Assembly: GCA_009602725.1 (NCBI GenBank)
Contig: WELB01000008.1
Coordinates: forward strand, 1,050,720-1,114,719
Length of the DNA stretch: 64,000 nucleotides
Source of the DNA: Spirogloea muscicola
Lineage: Eukaryota
Direction of reading: 5' to 3'
Made by a program: the position numbers and the translations under genes. Every line of letters begins with the position of its first letter. The first letter of the stretch is position 1. This document shows positions 24,301 to 36,560 of this stretch, in pieces. The notes below the pieces were generated by a model that saw only the letters and a list, made by a program, of their open reading frames with translations, had not been told where the DNA came from and did not search any database.

Positions 24301-26028
24301 CGTGGCCGCCTTTGGTCGGCCTGCCTTGCCGTACATGTGCACCGCGGAACTGCCATCAAGGTGCACAGGTCGTATTGATCAGAGGTCAGGCATTGCACCG
24401 CCAAAGTAGGATTGCGCTTGGAGAGCAAGCCAGCCCAACATTCTTCACTCCTGCTTTTGGGAGGTTGTTTCACCTGTATAGGATCACGTCAGGCTTCCAA
24501 CCGACACGCTTCATCTCCTCGAACAGCCGAAGAGCCTCCTTGTGCATGCCGGCCATCCCATACGCCGTTGCAGCCGCGGTGTATGTGACCTGGTCTGGCA
24601 CTAGCCCTGTGCGCTGCAAAGCTGACGAGAGCAACAAAGGTAAGGGGATGGAGGTGCCCAATCAAACTCATATGGCAACTGGCAGGCACGGTAACAGCAG
24701 CGTTTGTCTGCTCGGCTCTAGGTGCATCAAGTACTTCTCATGGTGCTGCAGATAAAGCGAACCATGGTAGAGTCAAGAGGTTCACTGCAAAGGGCAGCTC
24801 ATAGGGAGCAATGGTTTGTGCAAAGGAGATGAAGGCAAGCCACGATGGCACAACAAGACTGACTCATTACCTGCATATGCTGGAACCAATCAATCGCGGA
24901 CCTGGGCTGGCCAGCCCGGCTGGCTGCTGTCATCAGCGTGGCATACGTCACATTGTCTGGTTCGCAGTCATCCTCGACCATCTCCTTCAAAAGCTGAGGG
25001 AAGAGGAAGCATACCCACACCAATATCTACACTTCAGGGCAGCTTTGCTCCAAAACAAACTACCGGAAATTCGATGCAGCTAGCATATTGGACAATTGCA
25101 AAGCCTCCTGCAAGTTCTTAGAGCATAATATCACTATAGTGGCTTGCTTGACCTCGCTCGAGGACCAGTCATTGTCGATGCTTGAGTGCGAGCTACCAGC
25201 CTTATCTTCAAAGGTGCTTGAATGCTCAACGAACTGGATGCGACATGTAGAAGAGAGCAGCTGCAACTGCGATGCTGCACGCGAGGTGGCCGATGGAGGC
25301 AAGGTGGAGCACCTGTTCCGCAGCAACGAGCTGCCGGGCTCGGCACAGGCTGCGCATGACGAAGTTGTAGAGGTACGTGGAGGGCTCGTAGCTCGGTTGC
25401 TGCTTCATCCAGGCCAGGAGCTGCAGCGCCTGCGCATGGTCGTCCTGCTCCTTGATCACCAGCGCCATGTCCTGGCTGCTGATGGCGTCCCGGAAGGGCG
25501 CCAGCGACCTGGGGCAAGCCAGGGGCACATGGCTGTCTGGCGGCGGCTCACCCGGCAGGAGCGCGCTCGCCGCGGCCATTGGCGCCCCGCCGCGAGACAG
25601 CGGAGGTCCAACGAGAGGCGAAAGGCGGCAGCAATGGTGGCAGCGGTGGCGGCGGCGAGCACCTCAGGAGGTCGTCCAGGGATGTGCTGCTCCTGGAGGC
25701 CTTGAGGATCGCCTGCAGGCGCTCGTTCGGCCTGCCGCTGGTGCTGCTCACAGAGGCGAGGGCAAGCAGTCAGTGCGTGCGAACCAACCGGTCGCCGGCA
25801 ATGTCCGCTGCCGCAGACGAGCTCGAGATGGCTGAGAGTGCCTATTTTGAAAGCAAGAGTGGTGCTCAGAGTGCAGCTAGAGGGCCTTCACCTGTGCGGC
25901 TGCGGCTGCTGGCGCCGGCGGGCCGGCGGCGTGTCCACATTGGGGCCGCCGCCAGCGGCGGCTCTGGCACTCGGCGCGGCCCCTCCAGGCCCGGCTCGGG
26001 GCCTTAAACCCGCCGAGGCAGCGGGGGC
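21357..26028 (-). CDS. P-type pentatricopeptide repeat protein with C-terminal SMR domain; 5' end uncertain (adjacent gap)
   Basis: Several PPR repeats (PDNVTYATLM, PDQVTYTA, PNTIAFNTMINIFGKQG, TFNILFHAFEKQG) and SMR-like LSTGAGRVALYNWL...EISTGRGK...LGAPF...GMF. Confidence 0.88.
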
Positions 26029-26331
26029 NNNNNNNNNNNNNNNNNNNNNNNNNNNNNNNNNNNNNNNNNNNNNNNNNNNNNNNNNNNNNNNNNNNNNNNN
26101 NNNNNNNNNNNNNNNNNNNNNNNNNNNNNNNNNNNNNNNNNNNNNNNNNNNNNNNNNNNNNNNNNNNNNNNNNNNNNNNNNNNNNNNNNNNNNNNNNNNN
26201 NNNNNNNNNNNNNNNNNNNNNNNNNNNNNNNNNNNNNNNNNNNNNNNNNNNNNNNNNNNNNNNNNNNNNNNNNNNNNNNNNNNNNNNNNNNNNNNNNNNN
26301 NNNNNNNNNNNNNNNNNNNNNNNNNNNNNNN

Positions 26332-26375
<44 letters not shown>

Positions 26376-27124
26376 ATGGCGCGCTTCCAGCCGACGGGAC
26401 CCAGGAGCGGTAACGGGACTTGGGGGACTGCGCCCTTCTCCGCCGGTCCCTCGGGCGCTGCGCCCAGCCCTGAGGGCTCCCGATCCTTCGCCGAGCGCGC
26501 CCGCAGCGCCGCGGCACGAGCTCTTCCGAATGGGGACGGAGGGGCCGACGTGTCGAAAGGGCAAACAATTTTGCCATGCAGATGTTGTGTCACGCCGAGC
26601 ACGAGGCCCGTGGCTGACGGCCACGCAGAGAGCCTCCCCTTGCTGCGAGTGCTGAACCGGCGGCTCGCCCTCGCCTCTCCTGATGCTACACCTCCTCTGG
26701 GGCGTGCAACCTCCCTCCTCGCTCCAAGCTGCCACATAGCGGACTCGAGAAGGACGTGCGAGGCGCCATTTGCGGAGATGCAGAGGCTGGGACTCAGCTC
26801 CGGTCAAATGTATGGCTTGATCGTTGCACCACGCCCGTAGCCATGGGGTGGCAAGTACGAGGAAAGGGACGTGCGAAGGGGAAGTTCTGACTTTTTCAAT
26901 CTGCTGTGATGCAACCATGGGCTACTCTTTGCGCGTCTGACGCTATTTGAGGCTTTCGCTTGTTGCAAGGCTTGCCAGGCTTGACCTGCAAGGACGCCAG
27001 AGGTAAGAGGCCAAGCAGAATGCTGCTGCTGATATAAAAGGAGCGGCTGTTGAAGTCAGCCAGGTGCACACAGAGGGTGTTCATGACTATATTAGCGGAG
27101 CCACAGGCTAGGCAGACAGGGCGC

Positions 27125-27175
27125 TGTTAGTCCCCCGTGTCAGCAGTAGGAAGTCAGATGAGCTGAGGGGAGGTC
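27125..27175 (-). mobile_element. Very short retrotransposon 3' fragment (same subfamily as 43286-43416 and 48937-49067)
   Basis: Reverse complement reads ctcccctcagctcatctgacttcctactgctgacacggggg, matching ~49021-49061. Confidence 0.6.
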
Positions 27176-28310
27176 TAGCAACCGCCGCTGACTGGCCTCT
27201 TGCCATCTGTCACTGTCGTTGACGTCGAGCATAGGCAAGACCATCCAAAAGGCAAGATTGACCACCAAGACCCCTGCATTCTGCCAAAATGCAGATATTT
27301 GGCGCACGATGCAAGATTAACGATTGTCACACTTGCATGAGGGTGCGCGTCACGTCATGGCGAGTGGGGAGACCTCTTAGCAGCCTCCACTGAGAAAGCG
27401 TGGACAACTTGCCGCATCATCCGCTACCAGCATCAGACGACAATTAGTGCAATCAATTGATTGCAGCATTCATACGGCTCGATTGCCAGAGCCATTGATC
27501 TCAAGGTAGCACAGTGTGCGTGGCTTGTAACAAGGTGAACACAAACGAAGATCCTTGAGCCGCACAAAAATTTCTACACCCCAAGTTGCAGGTGCCAGAG
27601 AGCTGCTTACAACACAAGGAGAAAATGAGAATGACGTTCCCATTGGCGGCAGAACTTGTGTCAAGCTAAATGGAAGATTGTGGACAAGAGGGAAAGGCAA
27701 GCAGAGGCAAAAGTGGAGGCTGTAGTCAACCTGACAAAGTTCGTCTATAAGCTGTTGAAGACAGGCATATGCAGCATTGCAGGCTTTCTAAGTGGATCGT
27801 ACGGCAATGTCGTCAATAACCTGTCTATGTCAATAACCTTGTTACGCCTGTCGATCAGGGGACCGGACATCATAAGTAGCCGAGGGAAGCTAGTCGAGCT
27901 TAAGAGCTTGACAAGCATAAGCACAGCATGTCAACCACTGTTCTAGCCGAGCAGCGCCGAGGAAGTCTTTCGACGCTGTACATGTGCCCAAGGGCAAGGA
28001 CATTATCACGTTCAATATCTGATTTGCCAGGACTGTAGGTGTCCTAATAGCTAAGTGTTGAGCAGAAGCCCATGGGACCCTGCCGTCAGCTCTACAGGCT
28101 AGTATTGTCATGCAGGGGAATAACACATTCTCTAATCCCACCATTGACAGCAGATCGTGTCGCCAGCTTGTGGGAACGTCTCAAACACCCAAAACCCATT
28201 CACTTAGACTGCTTGTGCACCTTGACATCGCAAGTTGGAGTGATCATATGATACATACATTCTCTCAGGAGGTACCTCTCAGGAGCACAAGACTTGGTCA
28301 AGATATGTCA

Positions 28311-28418
28311 ACGTCCATCCTAACTTTGATGGTGAGAGGTGCTTTTTCCAAGCCAGTTACGTCCATCCTAGCTTTGATGGTGAGAGGTGCTTTTACCAAG
28401 CCAGTTACGTCCATCCTA
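28311..28418. repeat. 48-bp tandem repeat, about 2.3 copies
   Basis: acgtccatccta(a/g)ctttgatggtgagaggtgctttt(t/a)ccaagccagtt starting at 28311 and 28359, partial third copy at 28407. Confidence 0.9.
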
Positions 28419-28773
28419 GTTATCTGATGTCCTATACGAGGTTAGCAAGAATAGCCTCACAAGGCACACTATTAAGTGAGAAAATGGATCTGGTGGAGAA
28501 GTGCAATAGCAAGCTACAGTATCCTGGGCACTCCAATGAGGGGAATGGAACACCTGTTGGATGCTACGGAAGTCAAAGGAATAATAGTGTGACCTCATTG
28601 TACACTATTTTCTCTGCAGATCACATGGACTGCACTGTCAGCGAGCAGCGCATGCCTTGTTGCCTTGACTCCACAGACTTCTGCTGGACTAGTATTCATA
28701 CAGGTACGTCTGATGCTGGCACACGATTGAGCTATGGAATGTAAGTCCCTCGATCTCTTACCTCGCTGAAGGG

Positions 28774-31700
28774 TCAACCTCGACCCTTCTCATCGTCTTT
28801 ATGGGCCAGATCAGCTGCGCTACAACAGATCCTCATGAGATATGATTCTGAGTGCATGAAAGATTCTCTTGATATTCCCAAAAAGATCAAGCAGATCATT
28901 GTGCAACGTGGAGAGTGCAGCTTGGATTGCTGGCCTGGACAGTGTTGTACCTTGGTTCTTTGGCTCACGGCAACTTGGATTGGTCTTAAGGGCGACCTGA
29001 AGCTTTTCTGCTTTGCTGGCGTTTTGACACCCTCGAGCTGCCAAAAAAGGAGGCACTGATTTAGAAGCACTGAGGAGCTGATTAGTAAGTCACGAGGCAA
29101 TGAACATCAGTGTCAAAGTGCATCAGCATCCTGGTCATGGAGTATCAGCAGTCTAAGCGAAGGTTTGCTATGTTCTGTCTCTGTCGCGCAAGTTGGTAGA
29201 ATGAGCACAAACTAACTGCATGGATTATCTGGAAAGCATACCTGCATGCCTATCTCACATATACGCTGGACCAGAGTGGCCACCTCAGCCTCATGCCGTG
29301 CTTTTTCTGCTGCAGCCTCCTGTCGGTACTTTGTAATGCAGGCCTCCATCTCCTTCCTGGCTTGCTCCTTCACGGCTAGCATCTCTTTCTTCAGTTCCAG
29401 CATCTCTCGACATACAAGATCCTCCCGATCGCATGCCTCTTGCATGGCCCGTGATAGGTCCGTGGTCATTGCCTCAGAAGCCTTAAATTGAGACCTCAGA
29501 GCTGCCACCAAGTCTGAGGCTTTCTCAAGCTTACCCTGCAACTCCATGACCTGCTCATAGGAAAGGTTAGGCTAAATCAAGTACATCAGGATGTCACCGC
29601 TAAGAGTGATGACTAGTACTCCAGTCCTGCCTGACGAAGGAGATGTAACACATGTTACGTAATGCTACCAGGCCATGCAGTAACACTCTATGTCATTAGA
29701 AGCCATTCTCATACCTGATTGCTTGACTCTTGTAGATCCTTCAACAGAGATGCAACCTCGGCCTCCTGCTTCTCCTTGTCCATGTCCGCCTGCTGCCTCA
29801 GCTGTTCGCTTTCCTTGGTCATTCCCACCTTAAGAGCCTGCATCGAGACCTTCATCTCCTGTCTGGCGCTTCGTTCCTTTTCAGAAGCTTCCTTGGCGGT
29901 ACTCTGAAATAGTTCGGCAAGCCGTTCAGCCTGCTCCAGCTGCACCAACAGGCTGGCCTCTGCTTTTACAGACTCTGCAGCTTGCTCCAGCTTCACACGC
30001 AAGTCCTGTGCCTGCACACAGCACGTCAAACGAATTCCTCTTACAGCCAATTGAGGACTTCCCTTTAAACTGTTCCTCATGCAGAGTACGTAGCCACAAA
30101 GCAATGCTGGCCGACTGTGGAGTGGCGGAGATAAGAACATGACCACGTACAGTTTCCAAAGCCTTTGTATGCTCCTCAGAAGTTATCATCAGCATCGTCT
30201 CCCGTTGCTGCTTCAGATGTACAATAGCGGGTGCATACATCTCCAACCACTTCAGCTCAGCTGCGTCGCATGCACCTCTTCTGTCTGCCATGTCAGACAG
30301 GTCTTTGGCACTTCGGGCGATCATCCTCTGCTTCGACAGCAAAGTCAGGTGCCTCTCCTGAACAGCACGGATTGCAGAGTCACTTCTCACAGCTTGATTC
30401 ACCTCAGGCAGCAATTGCAGGCATGCTGAAAATTGTGGCGCTGCAACAGATGGCCATGCCAGTCGGGAGAAGTACTCCCACCTGCAGCTCAACATACTGT
30501 TCAAGAAGTCTGGAATGACCGAGGATAGCAGTTGCTACTGCATCTTTGGCTTCCTCAGCTGACCTCCTCTCCGATTCAGCAGTGCTCTGAGATATATCCA
30601 ACTGTTCCTTAAGTGCAACTAGCTCAGCAGCTTGATGCTCTACTGTGTTGGCCCAGTCGTCTTCTCGAGAAGACCACACCTGAGCCCACCAGGCACATGA
30701 TCCATCTCATTCTAGAGTACACATGATGCGATTACAACTGTGCAAACCGCTTTATGCCAGCCTCACAGTGCCGTGCATCGTCTTCAAGGTAACACACACT
30801 CAAGTGATATGGCCTGAGTAGATTGTAAATTTCATACCTTGTCCATCTCCTCCCAATGTTGAAGTTCCTCTTCCCACTTCGCCTGCTTCTCCTCCCAAGC
30901 CTTCTTCTCCTGCTGCAGCGCTTCTACCAATCTGTTCTTTGCATCCAGATCTACAGATGCGGTTTCCTGACTGGTGTCATCCTCTCTCACTGACACCAGA
31001 CCTTTTTCAGGAGACTGATGGCCATTGAGCTTCTCAAAGTACTGCTGTGGCGGTGAGCGCTCCTCCTGCAGCAGTCCTTGTGGCTGCCTCATGCGACCGA
31101 GTGACCTCCTTGCCAGCACCTGCATGCAGAAGGCCCTAAGATGAGCAGCTTGACGAAAGACTTCTAGAAGCTGTGAAGGTAGACGATTCCAGAACTTCAG
31201 AACCTGTGAAAATATGGCAGCCTTATACCTGCTCAGGAGTAGCCAACAATGTCCGCCTTGCCGCACTCGCGGGCGTACATGGTACTTTCTGGGAGTCCAG
31301 TACTGCAAGTAGGTGGTGACGAAGCTCTTGAACCTCCCTTACAAGAGTCTCTCGTTCGCCACCCTGTTGTGCACACAGTACGCTTTATGAGACACCTGGA
31401 GATCGCAGTATATGCGTGCTGTCTTCTAATATTCAGCATGAGAAGTACTAAAAGTTCTAGTCAGCAGACCTCGTGGAAGGCCTTCAGCTCTTTGTGTTCC
31501 TGATGCAGACGCTGAAGCTCAAGTTTCAGCCTTGCAACGTCGGGATGATTGTCCAACTTTTCTTCCAAGACCTGCCACACGCAGTGGAAAGGTTCTGTAG
31601 GCGCTAACGCTCAAAATTCAGGTAGCTCAATAAGCGCCACAGCTAGGAGGGCCAGGAGGGCCATCATACCCTGACAAGCACAGTTACACTCAGGCGCAGC

Positions 31701-32125
31701 TTCTTACCTTACGTTCGAAGAGCATCGCGGACCACTCCTGGGCTAGGAAAGTGGAGGTGGGTATGAGGTTATCTGCGACAGCTTCCAGGCGAGAAACCTT
31801 CTCCTCCCTGGCCTGCTGCAGGACGGCAGTGCTGTCCCGGTCTTGCTTGTACCGCTGCACCTGCAGCCGTGATGTGCGACAGAGCGAACGCATCACTCTG
31901 ACGGAACAGTGTGGTGGTGCTCACACGAGCGTAGTGTGTCGCCGGAGTGGCCCGCAGTGCGCCGTCGCACGGAAGCAGTGCCGATGACAGCAGCAGGCTG
32001 AAGCGCACCACGAGGCTCAGCTGCTCGATCTCGGCGGCGGCGCGGCGCAGCTCGTCCTCCGCGGCGCGCTCCCTGCGCAGCGCCGCCTGAAGGGGTCCCG
32101 CGGCTGCGCCGGCGCCGCCCGGCGG
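28774..32125 (-). CDS. Kinesin-12 (PAKRP1/KIN12-like) stalk and tail coiled-coil region with no motor domain; 3' end approximate
   Basis: ALRRERAAEDELRRAAAEIEQLSLV|VQRYKQDRD...REEKVSRLE...|VLEEKLDNHPDV, and ILGHSRLLEQYVELQ|ERHLTLL...AELKWLEMYAPAIVHLKQQRE, typical of plant kinesin-12 tails. Confidence 0.72.
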
Positions 32126-32161
32126 CGGCGGCGGCGGCGGGCGAGCCCGGTGGCGTTTCGA

Positions 32162-32186
32162 AACGGCGCAACGGCCGGGTCAACGG
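32162..32186. promoter_or_regulatory. Triple MSA-like (AACGG) cluster upstream of the kinesin-12-like gene
   Basis: AACGG at 32162, 32170 and 32182; MSA elements bound by MYB3R drive G2/M genes in plants. Confidence 0.5.
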
Positions 32187-32439
32187 AGGGGAGCGACCGG
32201 CGCCGGTTGCGACCGGTTTGGATCGGGTCGAACCAACCGGCACCGGTGGGGAGCCAGGCCCGGTTGAACATTCATCCGCCCACCCAGCTCAACGCCGAAA
32301 TCTCTCGTGGTGAGCCACGTGGGACACCAGTTGCTATGGGCTTGACTGCTGCAGGTCAATGGCAGTCAGCTCCAGCGCCAGGCACGTAAGCCGCACGACA
32401 ATCACAAACGACACCAGAAGCAAGAAAGTGGCTCTCCCA

Positions 32440-33320
32440 ATGTCAATTCTTTCTGGGCTGGCTTTTCGCAGCCCTTGCCCCCATTAAGAGTGCCACTTCT
32501 TCTCTGCGAAGGGGCCTGAAGAAGCTGTGTCAGGACGGGGCGAGAACGCAGCGAGCCAGCCGACTTCAACGCCGCTGGCTCGTGGGCTCAGGTATACCGG
32601 ATGCGCCTCTCTGTATCCCTGCAGCGGTCCATGGCCCACGCTCTGCATCTGCGAGCTGGCCGTGCTCTCGCTGCGGGCTCTGGCTTTCGTCAGGGTGATA
32701 GCTTCCCGGCAGCTAGACTGTCGGATCTGAGGCTCCTCACATGTTAATTACTGAGTGATCCATCCTCCCCCTGTTTTACCATAGCATCCTCAGGCCCCTT
32801 TGTAGCTGCATTCTTTCTTTGTGTGCTTTGGTTTCTTAGCGCTTCCTCTGGCTTCCTCTGGCCCCCTTCTCGTTCTTTGTTCATTCTTTTTTGGGCTGGC
32901 TTGTCCAGCCCCTATCCTCAATGGGCGAGCCCTTTCTTTGTAGCTGCTCACCGCTCTTAGGCCCCTCTGAACCTTTGTAAATTCTTTTTGGGCTGGCTTT
33001 TCGCAGCCCTTGCCCCCACTGGGAGTGCCACTTCTTCTACACCAGTCCTGAGATAGCGCTTTTGGCCCCTTTCGTAACTTGGCCCCTTCGAACAGAGAAA
33101 GGGCTCGCCCATTGAGGATGTGGGTTGGTACAGCCAGCCCAATAAAAGTGGCACTCCAAATGGGGGCAAGGTCTGTGATAAGCCAGCCCAAAAAAAGGAA
33201 TGAACAAAGTACAAGAAGGGGGCTAGGCGAAGCACTAAGGAAGACGAGCACAAAAACCCTGTCGGGCTTCTTCTGCTTCTCGCAGCCCTTGCACCCGTTG
33301 GGCGAGCCACTTCTTTCTTC
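32440..33320. mobile_element. Cluster of retroelement 3' tails and short non-coding repeats in both orientations
   Basis: Degenerate AQVYRMRL...LQRSMA tail at ~32580-32755; repeats gggctggcttttcgcagcccttgcccc...gagtgccacttct; inverted 3'-UTR copy at ~33100-33240. Confidence 0.75.
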
Positions 33321-34128
33321 AAAGGGGGTTGATGGCTGTGGAAAAGCCAGCCCTGTCCCACCGCCCCAACCCCCGTTCCCTCCCTCCAACAGCAAGCCAC
33401 ATTCTACCCAACCTACCCCCCCCTCCCACGCCTTCCCTGTGGCTGCAGCCCTCACGCCGTCGCGAACTCCCTCGGCGCCCACATGCGTTGCAGCGGAGGC
33501 CCGTCCCACCATCACCAGCCTCCTCTCTCCCCTTTTGGCCTGCTGCCGGCCCACAGCTACCCTTCTTGTGCGTGACAATGTTGCAGGATACGCCCTTGAG
33601 CTCCCATACCTCCAGGAGACCTGATGCCAATGCCGCGCCCGTCAATCAACATGAGATTTTCTCAGTGTCTCTATTGCACTTCTCACACTGATGTGCTATG
33701 CTCATGCAGCAATTCTTTGTCGCACCTGCAACAGTCAGCATGAAGGAGGCCTCATTGTCTTTCTGCTTGCTTGCTTGGTCAGCACTTTGAAGGAGGGCCA
33801 GTTCCACAGATTTACCTTATCCATATCTAGCATTCTACACAAAGGACTGGCTGAATGAGGAACAGCCTTACAGATTACAATTGCTCTCGCTCTTGGTGAT
33901 GACTTAGATTGGCGGAGCTTCGGCGACCATCATGTCATAGCTCATGAGCTGACTACATGCTCCAGAACCTGCTCTTGCATAAGTGGCCGTTGATGAGCGC
34001 CATAGGTGGTTTGTCAATGTTGAGCAAGCTCAATCCTCAACAGAGGATCTTCTAACGAGCAGCAAAGGAGCTTGAGGTTCAGCACGATGACGTCCAGCAT
34101 AGGAAGTCAGCGACCACTAACTGTGTCC

Positions 34129-36560
34129 TCATTCACTACGGCGATGGGGCTTTTGCCTCCGGACGACCTCCGGGGACGCGCGCGGCTGCTCTCGGCATCG
34201 TCACCCGGGGCGGCAGCTTGGTTGTCTGCCCTGCCGATTTACGACGCGCTCCGGATGCCGGACGACGCCTTCCGCACGGCTGTGCACCGCCTCCTCGGCC
34301 TCCACCCACCCTGCATAAGTGGAGTACAGCAGTGCGAGTGCGGCGAGCGCAGCCCACACGCGGCATCGTTGGCAGCTCATATGCTCAGGTGCGCAAGGGA
34401 GGGGAGCGGACCGGCACACACGACCTGCTCCGGAGTGCAATGTTCGGCATATTTGTCGAGGCGGTCACACAGTGGCGCTGGAGAGTTCCAGCATCATGCC
34501 TCTGACTGCTGGGGCGGATGGCCGCCTCCACACCCGGCGCGCCGATCTCGTCGCCAGCGCGCTCGGCGGGCGGCCACGGCTCATTGCCGACGTGGTCACG
34601 ACTGACTGCTTGATTTCAGGAGCGCCAAACGCTCGTCGGAGGCGGCGGGCTATGCAGTCCGCCAAGCGGCGGGCGTAAAGGAACGGAAGTACTATGCAAC
34701 CTTCGATGCAGGCATCCTGGCCAGCGCAGCGGCCCTCGTCCAACACCCGGCCTTCCTGGCGACGCCGGCTGCCGTGCACCAGGCCTCCCTGCCTGTGAGC
34801 CGCGGGGGTCTGGGCTGCTGGCCGCTGGCTCGTGCTTGCCGGGCAGCGCACCTGGGGAGTTGGGCGCAGGTTGCGGCTCCGGTGGCCCAGCTTTTCATCC
34901 GGCATGGAAGTCGCCTTCTGGGGCAGGCGGCGGCGGACGTGGAGACTGGCACGTTGCCCTTCCAAGAGGCTCTCCGCTCAGCCCGGGATGAGCTGCTTGC
35001 GGATCACCCAGCCCTGGTGCCACGGGCCGTCCCGTTCGCGCACCTCGCGCGCACGGCCGACCTCCGGGCCCAAGCTCGCTTCATGGCAGAGGTGGATGCG
35101 GCCTCCTTCACCACGGAGATGGGGCTCTTGCCAGCGGCCGACCTCCGGGGGCGCGCGCGGCTGCTCTCGGCATCCTCACCTGGGGCGGCAGCTTGATTGT
35201 CTGCCCTGCCGATCCATGCTGCGCTGCGAATGCCCGATGCCGCCTTCCGTACGGCGGTGCACCGCCACCCACCCTGCGTCAGTGGAGTACAGCAGTGTGA
35301 GTGCGGGGAGCGCGGTTCAGCGGCGGCATCGTTGGCAGCTCACATGCTCAGGTGCGCACGGGGCGGGGAGCGGACAGGAACACACGACCGGCTGCGAAGC
35401 GCCATGTTTGGAATCTATGTCGAGGCCGGCTACACGGTGGCGCTCGTACCAGCATCATGCCTCCGATCGCTGGGGCGGATGGCCGCATCCACATCCGGCG
35501 CGCCAATCTCGTCGCCAGCGCGCTCGATGGGGGGCCTTGGCTCATCGCCGACGTTGTCACGACTGACAGCTTTGTTTCCAGCAGCAGCGCCAAACGCTCG
35601 TCCGAGGAGGCGGGCTACGCAGTCCGCCAAGCGGCGGACGCCAAGGAACGTAAATACGCGGACCACCCGGTGGGCGACGAATTTGTTCCCCTGGCGGTCG
35701 ACATACACGGGGCCTTTGGCGCAAAGTGGCTCGACTTGCTTCACCGCCTTGCGCAGCAGGCCGCGGCCCGCCGCCACGGGCAGCAGGGCGAGCAGCCCGG
35801 GTCCCTCGCGCAGGTCTTCCGCATGCGCTTGGCCGTCTCGCTTCAGCGGTCCCTTGCGTTCGCAGTCCACTTGCGCGCAGGCCGAGCTTTGGCAGCGGCC
35901 TCCGGCTTCCGTCAGGGCGACGTCTTTCCCCCGGCTAGCTACTCAGACTTGCATCTCCTGACTAGAGGTCACTGAGCGTCCTCTGGCTGATGTCTTAGTC
36001 CTAGTCCACAGGCATGGACTGTAGTGTAGTTCTATTTCGGCATCTCTTTCTTTGGCTTGGGATACTGTCCATTCTTTTCGGGCTGGCTTTGCCAGCCACT
36101 CTTCTCTATGGGCGAGCGCTTTGTTGATCATCCAGTGAGAGACGAGTTTGTCCCACTCGCCGTCGAATTACACGGAGCTTTTGGGACGAAATGGCTTGAC
36201 CTTCTTCACCGCCTTGCGCGGCGTGCAGTGGCCCGCCGCCACGGGCAGCAGAGCGAGCAGCCTAGCTTCAATGTCGCCGGCTCCCTCGCTCAAGTCTTCC
36301 GGATGCGCTTGGCCGTTTCTTTGCAGCGGTCCCTTGCCTTCGCGATTCATTTGCGCGCAGGCCGCGCTTTGGCTGCAGCCTCCGGCTTCCGTCAGGGCGA
36401 CGTCTATCCGCCTGCTAGCTATTCTGATTTGCATCTCCTGACTAGAGGTTACTAAGAGTCCCCTTGCTGCCGTTTTAGCACTTAGCACCTTGCTTTCTGC
36501 ACCATCCGGCTCCTTCGGACCTTGTCCATTCCTTCGGGCTGGCCTCTCACAGCCACCAGT
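34129..36560 (+). mobile_element. Three head-to-tail 5'-truncated copies of a CRE-like non-LTR retrotransposon (post-RT region plus zinc knuckle and restriction-like endonuclease), degenerate
   Basis: QASLPVSRGGLG...AAHLGSW; RLLSASSPGAAAWLSALP...FRTAV; CxC...HMLRC...THDRLR; RRA(D/N)LV...LIADVVT...KERKY...FVPLAVDIHGAFG...RMRLAVSLQR. In-frame TGA at 35194 and frameshifts. Copies ~34129-34692, ~34693-36118, ~36119-36560. Confidence 0.85.

Noticed and set aside
32790..33691. Several 100-260 aa ORFs
   Set aside because: Translations of non-coding repeats and C-rich sequence
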